Positions 13,405 through 26,679 of a stretch of DNA of 64,000 bases are shown here, piece by piece; within the stretch, counting starts at the first letter, position 1, and each line of letters begins with the position of its first letter. The position numbers were made by a program, and so were the translations under genes. Source of the DNA: Hypanus sabinus (lineage: Eukaryota); the NCBI RefSeq assembly GCF_030144855.1, contig NC_082730.1:20026001-20090000 (forward strand). The letters are read 5' to 3'. Under the pieces are notes generated by a model, which saw only the letters and a list, made by a program, of their open reading frames with translations, did not search any database and was not told where the DNA came from.

Positions 13405-13710
13405 CAGCTTTATTTGTCATATGCACATCAAAATATTGAAACATACAGTGAAATGCATCATTTTGCATCCAAGGATTGTGCAGGAAGCAGCCAGCAAGTA
13501 TCGACGTGCTTCTGGCGGCAACATAGCGTACCCACAACTTACTAACCCTGACTTGTACGTCGCTGGAACGCGAGGGGAAGCCCAGAGAGAATCAACATGG
13601 TCGCAGTGAGAGTGGACAAGCTGCTTATGGACAGTGGTGGGAATCAAACCCCGATCGGTGACCGCTGGCATTGTAAAGCGATTGTGCTAACCTCTTCGTG
13701 ACCGTGTCGC
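13405..13710 (-). mobile_element. V-SINE subfamily copy
   Basis: Homologous to 8930-9225, 53275-53575 and 54960-55385. Confidence 0.7.
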
Positions 13711-16700
13711 CCAGTTGCTGCCACCAACCCAATCCTGATCTAGCTTCCTCAGAATTTTGTACACCTGAGGTACATCTCCCATCACCCCCTTCCATTCAAA
13801 GAAAGTAAACCTGGCCCATCCAGACTTTTTAAAACAGAGATTTACGTCCTTTAAATCCTCCCTTGCACCCACTCCAGTTCTCTCCCATCACATTTTGATG
13901 AGCATAAAACTTAAAATAATTTTCAACCTCCTCATGCCTGGCTTTCCCCCCCCCCCCCCCCAAATTTCCAAGACATGAATAACGTCTCACAGCACCCTTT
14001 TATCCTTTGGAGGCACTGGCCAGGCACACAAAGGCTGCCCCAGTCTCTTTGGTCTGGCCTAAACATTCATCTTTTGTCTCCAAAGCCGATTCAGCTTGGG
14101 GGGTGGGGGGGGAGAAAGAGAAAAATGTCAGTGCTCAACAGTTCTCCGCAGGAGACGGCATGCATCATCAGTAATCATCCCACAGAGAGAATTCAGATTC
14201 AGGTCGTTTGTGTCTGAGTTGGAGGAGGAGAGCGTTATTGGGTAAGGCAGGAAGGAGTGAGGGGGTGCAGCGCTGTGGAATTCAGGCTGAACAGCAGCTG
14301 ACCCACGTGGTTAATCCTCTAAGTGGATTTCAAGGAATCAGCCTTCACAGGGGATGCGTTTGTGCACTGATGCGTGATGTGTTACTTATTAAAGACCACA
14401 GAATGGAAAAAAAAAGGCTTGTAAAAAGATAAAGCAACAGTCTGCAAAGGCGGAGGGGGAAAAGAAAAACCCGAAGTGGGAAAGCAGTAGTGTCTGTGCA
14501 AGCAATACGGGGAAAAACTAGACTATGGACAGCAAGTTCTGAAAAAGTCAGTGAACGCAGAATAGCCAGAACCTCAAGTTCTATCATTTAATCAGCCTCT
14601 CGTGGTCAGTGATGAGACGAAGAGCAAAATGCTGCAGATGTTGGGTATTGGAAATAATGAGAAAGCGCTGGTCGCCATGGTTTTACACCGCATTCTCTGC
14701 CTGCATTGCACTCTCTCTGTAAGGTTAACACTAAGCATTCTGCTGCTGAGATAGGGCAAAGAGAAAAGAAATGTACTGACGTGATGCAATGCTGCATATG
14801 GATTACTTGCCAAGCAACGTTTCCTCTGGACACTGGTACACGTGACAGCAATAAACAAATTTACCAGCCTTTTTTTTACATGTACACAACAGCAGAGCCT
14901 CCTGAGCCCATGGGGAGGGAATTCCAAAGATTTACATCTTTTGCCTGAAGAAATTTCTCCTTATTTCATTCCTGGTCTACTCCTGACTGTGCAACTGTCA
15001 CCCCTGGAAAAGTATTCAGCCTGCAAGGATGAAACCACCTCTCATTCTTCTAAACTTTGGGGGACAAGCCTCCCCTCATGGCAAACCCATCAGTCTAGTG
15101 AAGACACACGTTTCCAACTCAGACTGACAAGAGAGAACTGTGACACACTCCTGTCCAAAGAGAAGAAAGGTGTTCATTTTCCATATTTGCCTGTGATAAA
15201 GAACACAGTCCAACCACATGCCATCAGCAAAAGTCCCCAAGACTGAACATAAAAGGGAAAAGCCGACAGGATTTTATAAACAGCACATTGAGGCAGAGGG
15301 CTGCCTAACAACATCAGGGACTCCATGCTTTACAGAAAAAAGGCAGCTGCTTTGAAGTACTAACAAAACATTAAAATGTATTCCAAGTGTTAACTGCTGC
15401 CCCCCCCCCCAATTCATTCTTGGGATGTCAACACAGCTGACAATTAAGAATTTACTGCCCATCCCTACCTGCCCCAGAGAAGGTGTTGGTGAGCTGCCAC
15501 CTTGAACAGTTGCTGACGAAGCCGGGTTCTTTTTTTGATATTGAACAGATAAGAGCAGATTTTTTTTAAAGTATCAAAATAAACTTTATTCATAATTTTA
15601 AAAAAATTACATTTGTACAAAGATAAACCGTGCAATGCTTTTTTGTTCTTGCATTCATAGTCAATGCCTTCAGTACTGTTTTGTGACATTTGTTAAAGCT
15701 AATGGGGCTGTTGCCGTTCATGGGTTCACTGTGCTACAAGCTGTCACGCAGTGTGTACGTGTTACACTACTATGCATCTTCTCAAATCTCACCAGAATGC
15801 TTCACCAGTTTCTTGTGTAACCTCTTAGCTAAAACTCTGGGGCAGCAATAACCAGGAGACACACAGGAGTGACTTCTGGTTAAAGTTCACTTGCACTGGC
15901 TTGTTTTCTTTTAAAATAGGCCATTATGCAAGAGGACGTTGATTTGCTGGTTTCAGTATTTCAAAATTAAACATCTTCTATTGGGTGTCGGCAAGCAGGT
16001 GGAAACCAGGCTCCTGAATCGATTTATTTTCCTCCCTGCCAACCTGCATTCTTGTATGTATGTCCACCAGGTTAAACAATCCCCCTGAGCAAACAAGCAT
16101 TGGCCAGTTCTAACCAACAGGGCTGCAGGGCTAATTGACATGGACTTAACTCCAGTATTTGCCTTGTGCAAACATTTATGAGAACGCTTTAAAAAAAATC
16201 TATACAGCTTCCCTGCTCTGTAGCTTTGTGACCACTTTGGAACCCGAATTGCTGTGTTCAACCAGCATTTTGTGCGTTCCTGTAGATTTTCAGCATCTGC
16301 AGAATATCATGATAAGCCCAATTTCTACATTATTTCCTTACCCACCTTGCTCCTCATCCCAAATCCTGATGGAACAACTCAATGTACTTCACCCCAAACA
16401 GTAGGAGAACGTCTTGGTGTAACATTTTGAATCTCACTGATTATCAAGTGGAATCATCAAATTAAATACAAATTTATATATTATTGTTGGATCTCTACTG
16501 AATAGAAAATAATATTCAAATTATAACATTCAACATATAATAGTCAATAAACTGTTTTCATCCTTACATTTAGTTACATTCCCTGTACTCGTACCTCATT
16601 CTTACACTGTAGGATGACTGGATGATTGCATCTATAATCACCTTCATAAATACTTTGAATTGTGCATTTTCCAACAAGCAACTGAGTGAGTTTCAGCAAT

Positions 16701-19700
16701 GCAGGGAAGGACCATGGCCACCTGCATCATTCCCTGCATTCGACCTCTTGCACAGAGCACTCCAAGCGCCACTCTTGTCGAGTCCGAGTTTACTGGGACA
16801 CACCTGGGAATAATGACCCATCTCCGGCCAGCTCACCACCAGACTAATTGAAGTCAAGGACACTAGGCACTTCTTGTGTTGAGGAGTGCTCACTTAATCA
16901 TGGCTGCTTCTGGGATTGACGTATCTCACCTTTCTCAAAGTGGTCTCAGAATTCCTGAATGAGACCAATCTCTGCTTCTTCAAGATGGCTGGTCCACCCA
17001 CTTCGATAAAGCTATGGAGGGATCTCCAAAGCAAAGAAAAAAAATAACAAGTGAAGAACTAACTGAAAGGTTAAAACTGCCCAAAGTGGTCCTTTGAATC
17101 TGTTGCTCGCAATTGTTTATTTTTTCTTTAATTAGACACAGAATATATTAACAAAGATCAGTCAGCATTCTCTACTGCCACTATCCTTAACTACTCCCAT
17201 GCTACCAAAAACATTTCCATCCACCCAATGATAGAAGCTTCTTATCAGTTAACTGCTCCACAGTTCATCTTCATTGGGACCCATTGCACAATTGGACAAG
17301 GCAATGACGTATTTTTCATGTGATTACACTATCATTCATGAGATTATGAATGGTTATCAAATGATACCTGGCAGCTGCCCTGGAGTCTACAGTTACAACC
17401 TCGCAATTACATGGTGCCTTGCATGAGATGAGAATCAGGCAAAACACTTCTCAGCAGAATGAAGGTGTTTTGGGGTACAATACCACTGTGGCACAGGGAA
17501 CGTGACAACAGTGTGCTCCCACAATAAATACCAGATAACCTGTGGTGGTAATTGTTCCTTACCTGCTCTGAAATGACACCAGGGAGTTCAAGCTTGTTAT
17601 CCGATTCGGAGCGAGTAAAAATAAACAGCACCTCTGGCAGTGCAGCACTCCCACAGTACTGGAGTAATAGCTGAGAGTTTGGTGGACAGGCCACCAATCA
17701 TAGTCGCAGACATTCAATCTCCTAGTTAGTAGGTCCGTGTGGTACCCAGTGTGGTACTCTGGGACTGACAGAGGACATTGCTGTGGATCTACAGGGTGAA
17801 CTTTAGCCGTGAAAGTGAGAATGGTGGAAGACCTCAGTCAGTCAAGCAGCACTTGTGGAAGGAGAAACTAGACAGCAACCCTTCATCAGAACTTTAGTCA
17901 TGGTGAGCCTCCAGACTGCTGAGGTCCACACAAGGGTGCCTCTAGGTTTAATCTCTTTGTGGAGAGTGAGGAGAGAGCTTTGAGATACTCTTGGGTAAAT
18001 GGGGAGGAAAACCATCCCCAAAGAATACAACAGGCATCCTAACACAATGCGCAGTATTTCCACAAATCTTTGAGCAGACGATGCAAGAACAGAATCAGCT
18101 CGAGTGCGCCAAAGGCATCCCTGAAATTCCTTCAAGTGCTCGTCTTCAGATGTATGCTAGAGTAGGCTATCTGACCTTATTTGTGTGCTTCTGTAAGTCA
18201 AATGGCCTACTCAAGCGCACACCTGAAAAAACGGACATTGGAACCAATTTTTTGAACCAAGAATGGACCCTGAACAAATTTCAGGGACGTTGAACTTGAC
18301 GAGCATCTTAGCCTGGGGAGACAGTCGTCAGTTTCCCGCCTTCATCATCCAATTCAGGGCACTCCGTGAGCAGCCTAGCAACTGATTAACTGGAATTGCA
18401 CGAGAGAGACATTTTATTGCTCGTTACTTATTTGCTGATATTACATTTCAGTTATGCATTCTACACCAGAACAGCCTTTTACGATGCAGTTCTGGCAGTT
18501 TTTATTTGCAAACAAGATCAAAGGGTAATGTCCCTGCATTTGATACCAATCCAAAGCAAAAATAGAATCGAGAAGAAGTGAACAATGTGGTATTGTTTCC
18601 TGGTTATCTTGGTCAAGGCCATGAATTTTTCAGATGCACTGTAATTAAAATAGGAACTAAAGGACAGCTTACGGAGGAACCCCAAGCTCTATAACTTCAC
18701 ATTCCTGCTTACCAATCACTTATATCAAGATAGAGTCATGGAATAGTACAGCACAGAAACAGGCCAGTCTGCCACCACATCCATGCCAACCTTTTATTCC
18801 CATCGACAAAAAAAAACCATTTACCCTCATTAAGGACCATATCTTAATTCTACCTACCTGTTGTGGGTCCACATCCCATACTTGTTTCTATAGAAATGAT
18901 ATCGGTATCAGTTTAAAAAAAATAAAGTATTTTAATTAATTCCTGGTCTCAACAGTTTTCTTTTGAGAGGGTGGGAAAGCCAGACCCACATTTTTACTTC
19001 TGCTGAACAGATATTTTTCAGGATAGATTAATTTGCATCCACTGTTACATTATTCTGGGGCTGACATCTGTATAGAGGACATTGCTGTGAATCGACAGGT
19101 GAACTTTAGCCATGGAAAAATTGCTGGAATACGCAATGAAAACGGGAAAGCTGGAAGGAGAAACCGGTCAGCAACCCTTTGTCAGAACGTCAGTCACAGT
19201 GAGCCTCCAGACTCGAGCCTACTGAGGGAGGTGCCCATCATTTTAATGCTGAGGTCTAGATAAGGGTGCTTCTAGGTTGAATCTCTGTGGAGATCTACTA
19301 CACTGAGAGCATCGTACTCAACTTTACACCGTGTGGCATTCAGGAAGGCTCCCCACAGCAACCCAATTTCTGATCAAGCCTTTGACAAAGCTTAACAAGT
19401 TGAAGCACCAAAATCCACCTCATATCAGGGAGATGGCAAAGGATCAACCAGAGATCTGACATATGGCGAATCCAGCTAGTCTGGGAGAAATTAATGAACT
19501 TGTGCTCGTTCCCTAGAGCCTTTGGGATTTCCCCCTCACCTCTTGTCTGGCTATGGGGTCCGAATGAGATCAGTTACTCCAATTACTCCACAGCTCATTA
19601 TTTGTTAACCACGGGGCTCCCAGGATGGTAGAAGGCAGATGAGTCTAGTCCTCTTTCTTTGTCAAGCACTGCTTAATTTCCCCAGAAGGGATTTGGCAGA

Positions 19701-20479
19701 TTCAGGCCACCTAGAGACGGGTGTTAATAGGTAACTGGAAACCCCTAAACCCCACTCAGACTTGCCTTCTGTTTACATTGCACAGATTTATCACCAGCCT
19801 ACCAAGATATCTCTCACTCTCTTCACCTTTTCAAATGTTCCCAAGCTAGGATTTCTCATTAGAAAAAGACAAGAGTCTCTAAATATAACATTAAAAAAAA
19901 GGAGAGAGCTCAGAAATCTGATGGCCTGAGGTATTTTTAACATGAAGAGCTAAGAAAGGTTGGTGACCTATCCCTCCCCCGGGTCAATGTGCAGCACTAC
20001 AAATGCATCTTAATTATACTACACTGTAATTGAACTTTCTCCAAAGTGAAAGCAGGTTTCAGATGCAGAGCAGGGTGCGGAGTTAATCAGTACGTTTACC
20101 TGCTCCACGTTCTTTGTGATCCCTCTTCCATGTTTAATGGACAGACTGCCTTTCACACAGCTGCACCTGTTTGAATAATTTCATCCAGGGCTACCATCCA
20201 GAAAAGCACCAACTCAATGAGAGCACTGTTGTGTTGTTGTCTGTGATCACACAGGGCAACTGACATAGTGCTAAGGGGCAGCGTCTCTCCAACGAGTACA
20301 AAAGAGCCACTGAACACTGCCCGGGTACTGCGTTTATCTGAACAGTAATAAAAATTCCACCACTTGATTAAATTGTAAAGATATAGATCTAGTGTATTAT
20401 TTCTAAGACACTATGCAACTATTAAAGTAAATGATAATAGATCATCTATAAGCAGTAGAAATATTTTTGATTTATATTT

Positions 20480-20940
20480 TCAAACTTCAAAGTAAATCTT
20501 ATTATCAAAGTCCAAATATGTTATCATATACAGCCCTGAGATTTATTTTCCTGTGGGCATACTCAATAAACCTATAGAATAATAACTATAATGGCATCAA
20601 TGAAGTGCCGCCCAACTACAGCATTTTACTGGTGTGCAAAAGACAACAAGATTGTGCAAAAACAAAAGGAGGAAATAATAATAATTAATAAAAAAGCAAT
20701 AAATAGAGAACATGAAATGAAGAGTCCTTGAAAGTGAGCCCATTGGTTGTGGGAACATTTCACTGATGGGACAAGTGAAGCTATCCCCTTTGGTTGAAGA
20801 GCCTGCTGGGTGAAGGGTAGTAACTGACCCTGAACCTGGTGGTGAGAGTCCTGAGACTCTTGTTCCTGATGGTAGCAGTGAGAAGAGAGCACGTCTTGGG
20901 TGATGGGGTTCCCCCATGATGAATACTGCTTTCCTGCACC
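20480..20940 (-). mobile_element. Rex1/Babar LINE 3' fragment
   Basis: PHHPRRALFSLLPSG...TTRFRVSYYPS plus family 3' UTR. Confidence 0.8.
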
Positions 20941-23900
20941 AATTTCCCCACAGTATTTTGGGGAAAAGGCATTGTTAAACCCTAAACAATAAACCACCCC
21001 CTTTTGGGTATAGAACACTGTTACTTCAATGTGACTGGGCGATATACTGTATGGCGATGTTTTGTAGGTGTCTCACAAAACTATGAGATATACTTTTGAG
21101 CTACTATCACTGCAATCTCCAGCCTGTAATTTCCCTTTCATAAACGTACTTTTGAACTACCTAAACAACTTTATCATCTTCATTGTTTTCTTTTTTGTAT
21201 TTGCACAGTTTGTCTTCTTTTGCACATTTGCTGTTGTCAGTCTTTGCGTTGTTTTTCATTGATTCTATCGTACTTTTTTGCTCTACCGTGAATGCCTGCA
21301 AGAAAATGAATCTCGTATATAGTGGCATAAACGTACTTCGATAATAAATTTACTTTGAACTCTGAAGATCCGGCACTCCCTGTCTGAAAGCACCGTGGAA
21401 CTACATGAACCTAGTAGCTTACCCACTTTCTTAAGGGTCATTCAGTAGAGATAATGGAAGTTAGTCTCACTGGAAAGACACATATTCAGAATAATAAAAA
21501 ATAAAATATAGTAGTACTCAGTTTCCTTACACCTTTGTCTTTCTAGGCACAGTTCTACTCAATTCATTATTTAGTACAATCCACCTTACCTAGTATTCAT
21601 GCAAGAGGCCATGGCTGCCCTGGCCTTTCCAAATTGGGGTCAATGCTAACACAAGGCAATGAAAAGAAAATTCAACCATTACGCGCGATATCCATATAGT
21701 TCTACGTGATAAAGCTCGACTGAAATTGGTTTTTTTTCCTCCCCAAAATAGACAGTTTACTCCTCCTAAACTGGGATGTTACACTAATCTGCACCAAATC
21801 ACCAGCAACTCTGTGGTTGAGTATCTACAATGGCTCCCACTTTTTTTTTTAAAAAAAGAGAGCCCAAATTGATATTCTTTCAAATCTATCCCTGGCTTTT
21901 TCCCTCCACTGCTCTGTAATCAGCTTTATGGTCCTTCAAGTTATTTGTGCGCCTCCTTTTCTGACATCTTGCTGATCCTCAGTTTGATCCGCTGGAACAT
22001 TAACAGCCACTGAGATCTTGCTCTCTCACACCCTACATACACCATGTCCAGAGCCACCTGAAGACCCACCAATAGACAACCCCTTAGGAGAACATCACAC
22101 TCGACTCGAGTGATTGGTCTCCTATTGATTCTACAGCTGCAAAGCTGAGCACCTCTCCAATTATTCATGTGGCCTGCTATCCAGTTCTGAGTCAGGATGT
22201 TGTATTGCATTAAAGGCACTCGATGAAAACAAATGTTACCAGCTCCAGTTTTAGAATCCGGTTCATTTACATGCACTTTATCTTTTACCTGCACTGCACT
22301 TTTCCACTTTATTCTGCATTGTTATTGCTTTAACTTATTCTACCACAATGCTCCCTTTCTGGTTTTGATCGGTATGAACAGTACGCAAGGGAAGCTTTTC
22401 ACTGCATCTTGGTGCATGTGACTCTAATAACCCAATACCAAATAGCAAAAAGCCTAATTCTGCAGCATTTTCCCCTAATGCTTTCAATGGTCAGTGGGTG
22501 CAAGTTCACCGCTATGTGACACAATAGCTAGATCCCAATCCACGCGTCACTCCGTCATTCCATTCTCCTGAAAGCATTCACTTAGATGGATGATGGGGCA
22601 GGGTCCGCCCTTTCCAGGGAATGCAATCCCATCAAGATGCAACAAGCAGAAGTTTTAAATTGCAGCTTTCTCCAGGGTGCTGGACAGGTATGCAAACCAG
22701 TATCAGTGTTCTTTCTCAGGCCAACATCTTGGCGCTGAGGCCCTCAATAAAAGTCTGTCTGGCAGATCAGTGTCTGGAAACTGATTCTCGAAACACTACT
22801 CTGAGAACCGGTCATAGGAAGTGATTATCAGGCGGACAAAGGAAACAATCTGAAGGGGTTTGCTAAGCCTCTGTGAAAATAAAATGCAAGATTCTACCCC
22901 CTACCCCGCCACACTCCCCATAGAATATGCAGCCCACGAGCACTCAAAGTGGAGGAATTTGGGATTGTATTAAGAATTTCAAGACCATGCAACAGAGACA
23001 CACAGAAGCCCTGTGTAGATGGTGGATGGAGCACCGTCTTCCAAATTACATACCCACCCGACAGGCACTCCCAGCCCCATCTCCCTTAGCTTGTGAGCCC
23101 AAATGCTGGACGTATCGTTCATCTCCAAAAAAAAAGTAAGTCTTCTTCACTTTTAAAGAACAACCCAAAAAGAATCACTAGAACATTTACAGCACAGTAC
23201 AGGTCCTTCAGCTGACAATATTGTGCCAAGTTTATGACCAACTCTAAGATCAATCTAACCCATTCCTCTCACATAGCCCGCCATTTTTCTATTACCCATG
23301 TGCCTATCCAAGAGTCCCTGAAATTATCTAATGTGCCTCCATCACCCCACCCTGCACATTCTACACACCCACTACTCTGTTAAAAAAAACCTACCCCTGA
23401 CATCCCCCTGCACTTTCCTCAAATCACACTAAAACTATGCCCCCTCATATGATCTAATTCTGCCTTGGGAAAAAAGTCTCTGACTAGCCACTCGGTTTAT
23501 GCCTCTTATCAACCTGATCACTACAGTCGGTTCAGTAAAGCGACAACACAATTGATGCAAACTAGCCAGGGATTCATTGATTTCAGTATCACTGGGCTGC
23601 TCCCCCGGACCCAAGCCTCTCTGGCACGGGGAGAAGACGTCCTCTGAGATTACGATGGCCCCTGAGAAGAATTTGGCATCATTGTGGTCAAGCAGCTCAC
23701 TCAGCCGTACATTCCGGACAAGGATTGGGAGAATGACCAAGCACATGATTCACGGGCAAGTGGCCAGTCATGTGACCTGGTCTCAGGAGAGAGCCAGCAT
23801 GCTGGAGGATGGGAAGGCTTTTATACTCTGGTCCTTTCTAAATGAATGCTAACTTTGCATTTGCCTTCTCTGCCACTGACTCAGCCTGCAAGTTAACCTT

Positions 23901-24084
23901 GAGGGAATCCTGCACAAGGATTTCCAAGTCCTTCTGCACCTCTGATCTTTTATTATAGTCCAAGGTATTTTTACCCCGTACTACTACTGCAAAACAACAA
24001 ATTTCTCGACGTACGTCAGTGATAATAAACCCGACTAATTCTGACTCAAGTTGCAGAGAGAAACTTTTATACAGGAAGAAGTTC

Positions 24085-24476
24085 CAGTTTCAGGGAAAGC
24101 AGCATCTATCGAGGACTCCCACCACCCAGGCAGTGCTCTCCTCTTGCTAGTGGTGTCAGGAAGGAGGTACAGGAGCCCGAGGTCCCACGCTACCGGGCTC
24201 AGGACAAGCTATTACCCCTCAGCCATCAGGCTCCTGACAGAGTGGATAACTTCCCTCGCCTCAACACGGAACTGATTCCACAAACTTATTTTCAAGGACT
24301 AACTCATGTACTCAGTTTTATTTCTTATTTTTATTTTTGTCTTTACACAGTTTGTCAGTCTTTATCTATGTGCAGTTTTTCAATGATTCTATTATATTTC
24401 TTTGTTCCACTGTCAATAAATCGCAGCAGCATATGGTGACTTACGTATATTTTGATAATAGATTTAATTTGAAGTT
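24085..24476 (+). mobile_element. Rex1/Babar LINE 3' fragment
   Basis: KAASIEDSHHPG...SGRRYRS...SYYPSAIRLL. Confidence 0.8.
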
Positions 24477-26679
24477 TGTTTATATACCACGGGTGCAATC
24501 CCTCAAAATCCCCATGCCTGATATCCTCAGATCATCAAGGCGGACCTCAGTGACCCCTGTCTCGACAGGAGCCTTGAGGCAGGGACCAGTGCAGAAACTG
24601 TCCTCCTGTTGGCAGATCAGGCAAGCAGCCTTGACTGCAGTGGCCTGGCATCTCCTCCTGTCCATCTCTGGCCAGCAACTTGCAGAACACTGGCTCAATG
24701 GAAACTGAAAACCCAGCCGCTTTACCATCTGTGCATCATTCTGTTTCATTAAAATGCCCGCAGTTATCCAAATTAATCCTAAACTGGCCATTATCTGGGC
24801 CAAGCGCAGCATCTAGTGGATATTCTAATTTGCCCCATCCTATTTTATACATGCATTTCAACAAATGGTATAAAAAAAAAAGTTCAAAGTAAATTTATTA
24901 TCAAAATACTCCCAAGTCACCATATGCTACCCTGAGATCCACTCTCTTGCAGGCATTCACTGTAAAACAAAGAAACACAAAGAAAACCAACTTGGACGCT
25001 TCAATGAAGGAAAATTAAACTACAGACACAGTCTGCCTATGGCTTCACATTGGGGGGAAAAGAGGTTGTTTACAGGCTGTCCATGAGAATGATCAGCTTG
25101 TTTTTGTTGTTAAACTGCACACACCCCGATATGGTAACTGATTAGAAAGTGGAGACTGGAAACTAGTTCTACTGACCATAGGAGCAAATATATCAAACTT
25201 CTGAATTTAATCAGAATGAGAATCAGGTGCAACATCACTGGCATACATGGTGCAATTTGTTAACTTTGTGGTAGCAGTACCATGCAATACATAATCATGG
25301 GGAAAAAGCGAATTCAAGTGTTAAACACTAGGAAGATGGCAGGAGAATGGGGTTCAGGAGGATAAATCTGCCAGGATAGAGTGGAGCACACTCAATGGGC
25401 CAAATGACCTACTTCTGCTCCTGTGTCTTATGGAGTTGGTGGTAATCAGGGATGTCCCTTTGTTGGGTGTTCATAACCTGGTGACAGCAAACAGGTCAAG
25501 TTAGCTACTGTACGTGGAAAGGGAATAGCGGAAGGTCATTCCAGTTTTTAAAGCCATTCAATACAGACCAAAATACACCTGCCTCTAAACATCACAGTTT
25601 TTAACTGATTATAAACATTTTCAAAACCTACGGGGGGGGGGGGGTGGGGAGAGGTGGAGACATTTTTAGATTTTATGGTTTGGAAATCTTTGAAAAGAGA
25701 CCCAAAATTTCCAAATGGTCAAGCACGCTGGGAAGTAGAGAGCGCCAGTTCTGATTGCAGGTCATTGACCTGAAATGTTAATTTCGTCTCCCTCTCTACA
25801 GATGCTTAGTGCTTCCACTGTTTCATTTCAGTTTTCCAACAGCTGCGGTGTTTTGTGGTTTTGTATTGGAGAATCCAAACTGGGTCTTAGTGGCAGCCTG
25901 CATGTTCTTTTTAACTAGTTGTGTGAAGCGGAAACTCGGCGAGACACCGAGTTGTACAAGGCAAGAAAAGCTAAAACAGTTCCCATAACCAAGTCCCGCG
26001 GAACAAAATGGACAACTGGTCCCTGCAGCCACCGTAACCACCCGGCTCTGCTTCAGAACCGACAGGACAGCGGGATTCAGTCCCCAGACTCTCGGGAAAA
26101 CGTGCAGGAAATCAACTATTAATATTTCATTGCCACAGACAACAGAGCACCGGGCTACAAACAGTGCCACGGGTATCTGCTACCTCTGGAAATTTAAACA
26201 CGGTAACATTACGCCTTGGCATCATTTAAACAAAATATATTCAGGCAGATCGACAGTTTTGTCGTCTGACCCACATTAAATGCTTTAATTATTAACTGGA
26301 TCTGTTATAATCCATTTCAATATGCACTATAATATACAATCCTCATAAACCATAACTTGAAGAAATATATGGATGTATATAATATATTCTTCAAACCATA
26401 ACAAGGTGAGGAAAATTACACCGAATATATAATATAAACGATAATATGCTTTATTGTATAATATAGAATATATACACGCAGAAAATATGTTCTGTAATAT
26501 TTTGGAAAATTGCAGAGGAAAATCTATGATCATATTACAATAAAACACAGCCTTTTACAAACAGGAGAAATTCAGAGACTATTCATGAAGCTGTTTAAAA
26601 ACACAACCACTATACACTGAAAATGCTGGAGAAACTTGGGTCAGACAGCACCTATAGAAATTAATAAACAGTCGACATT

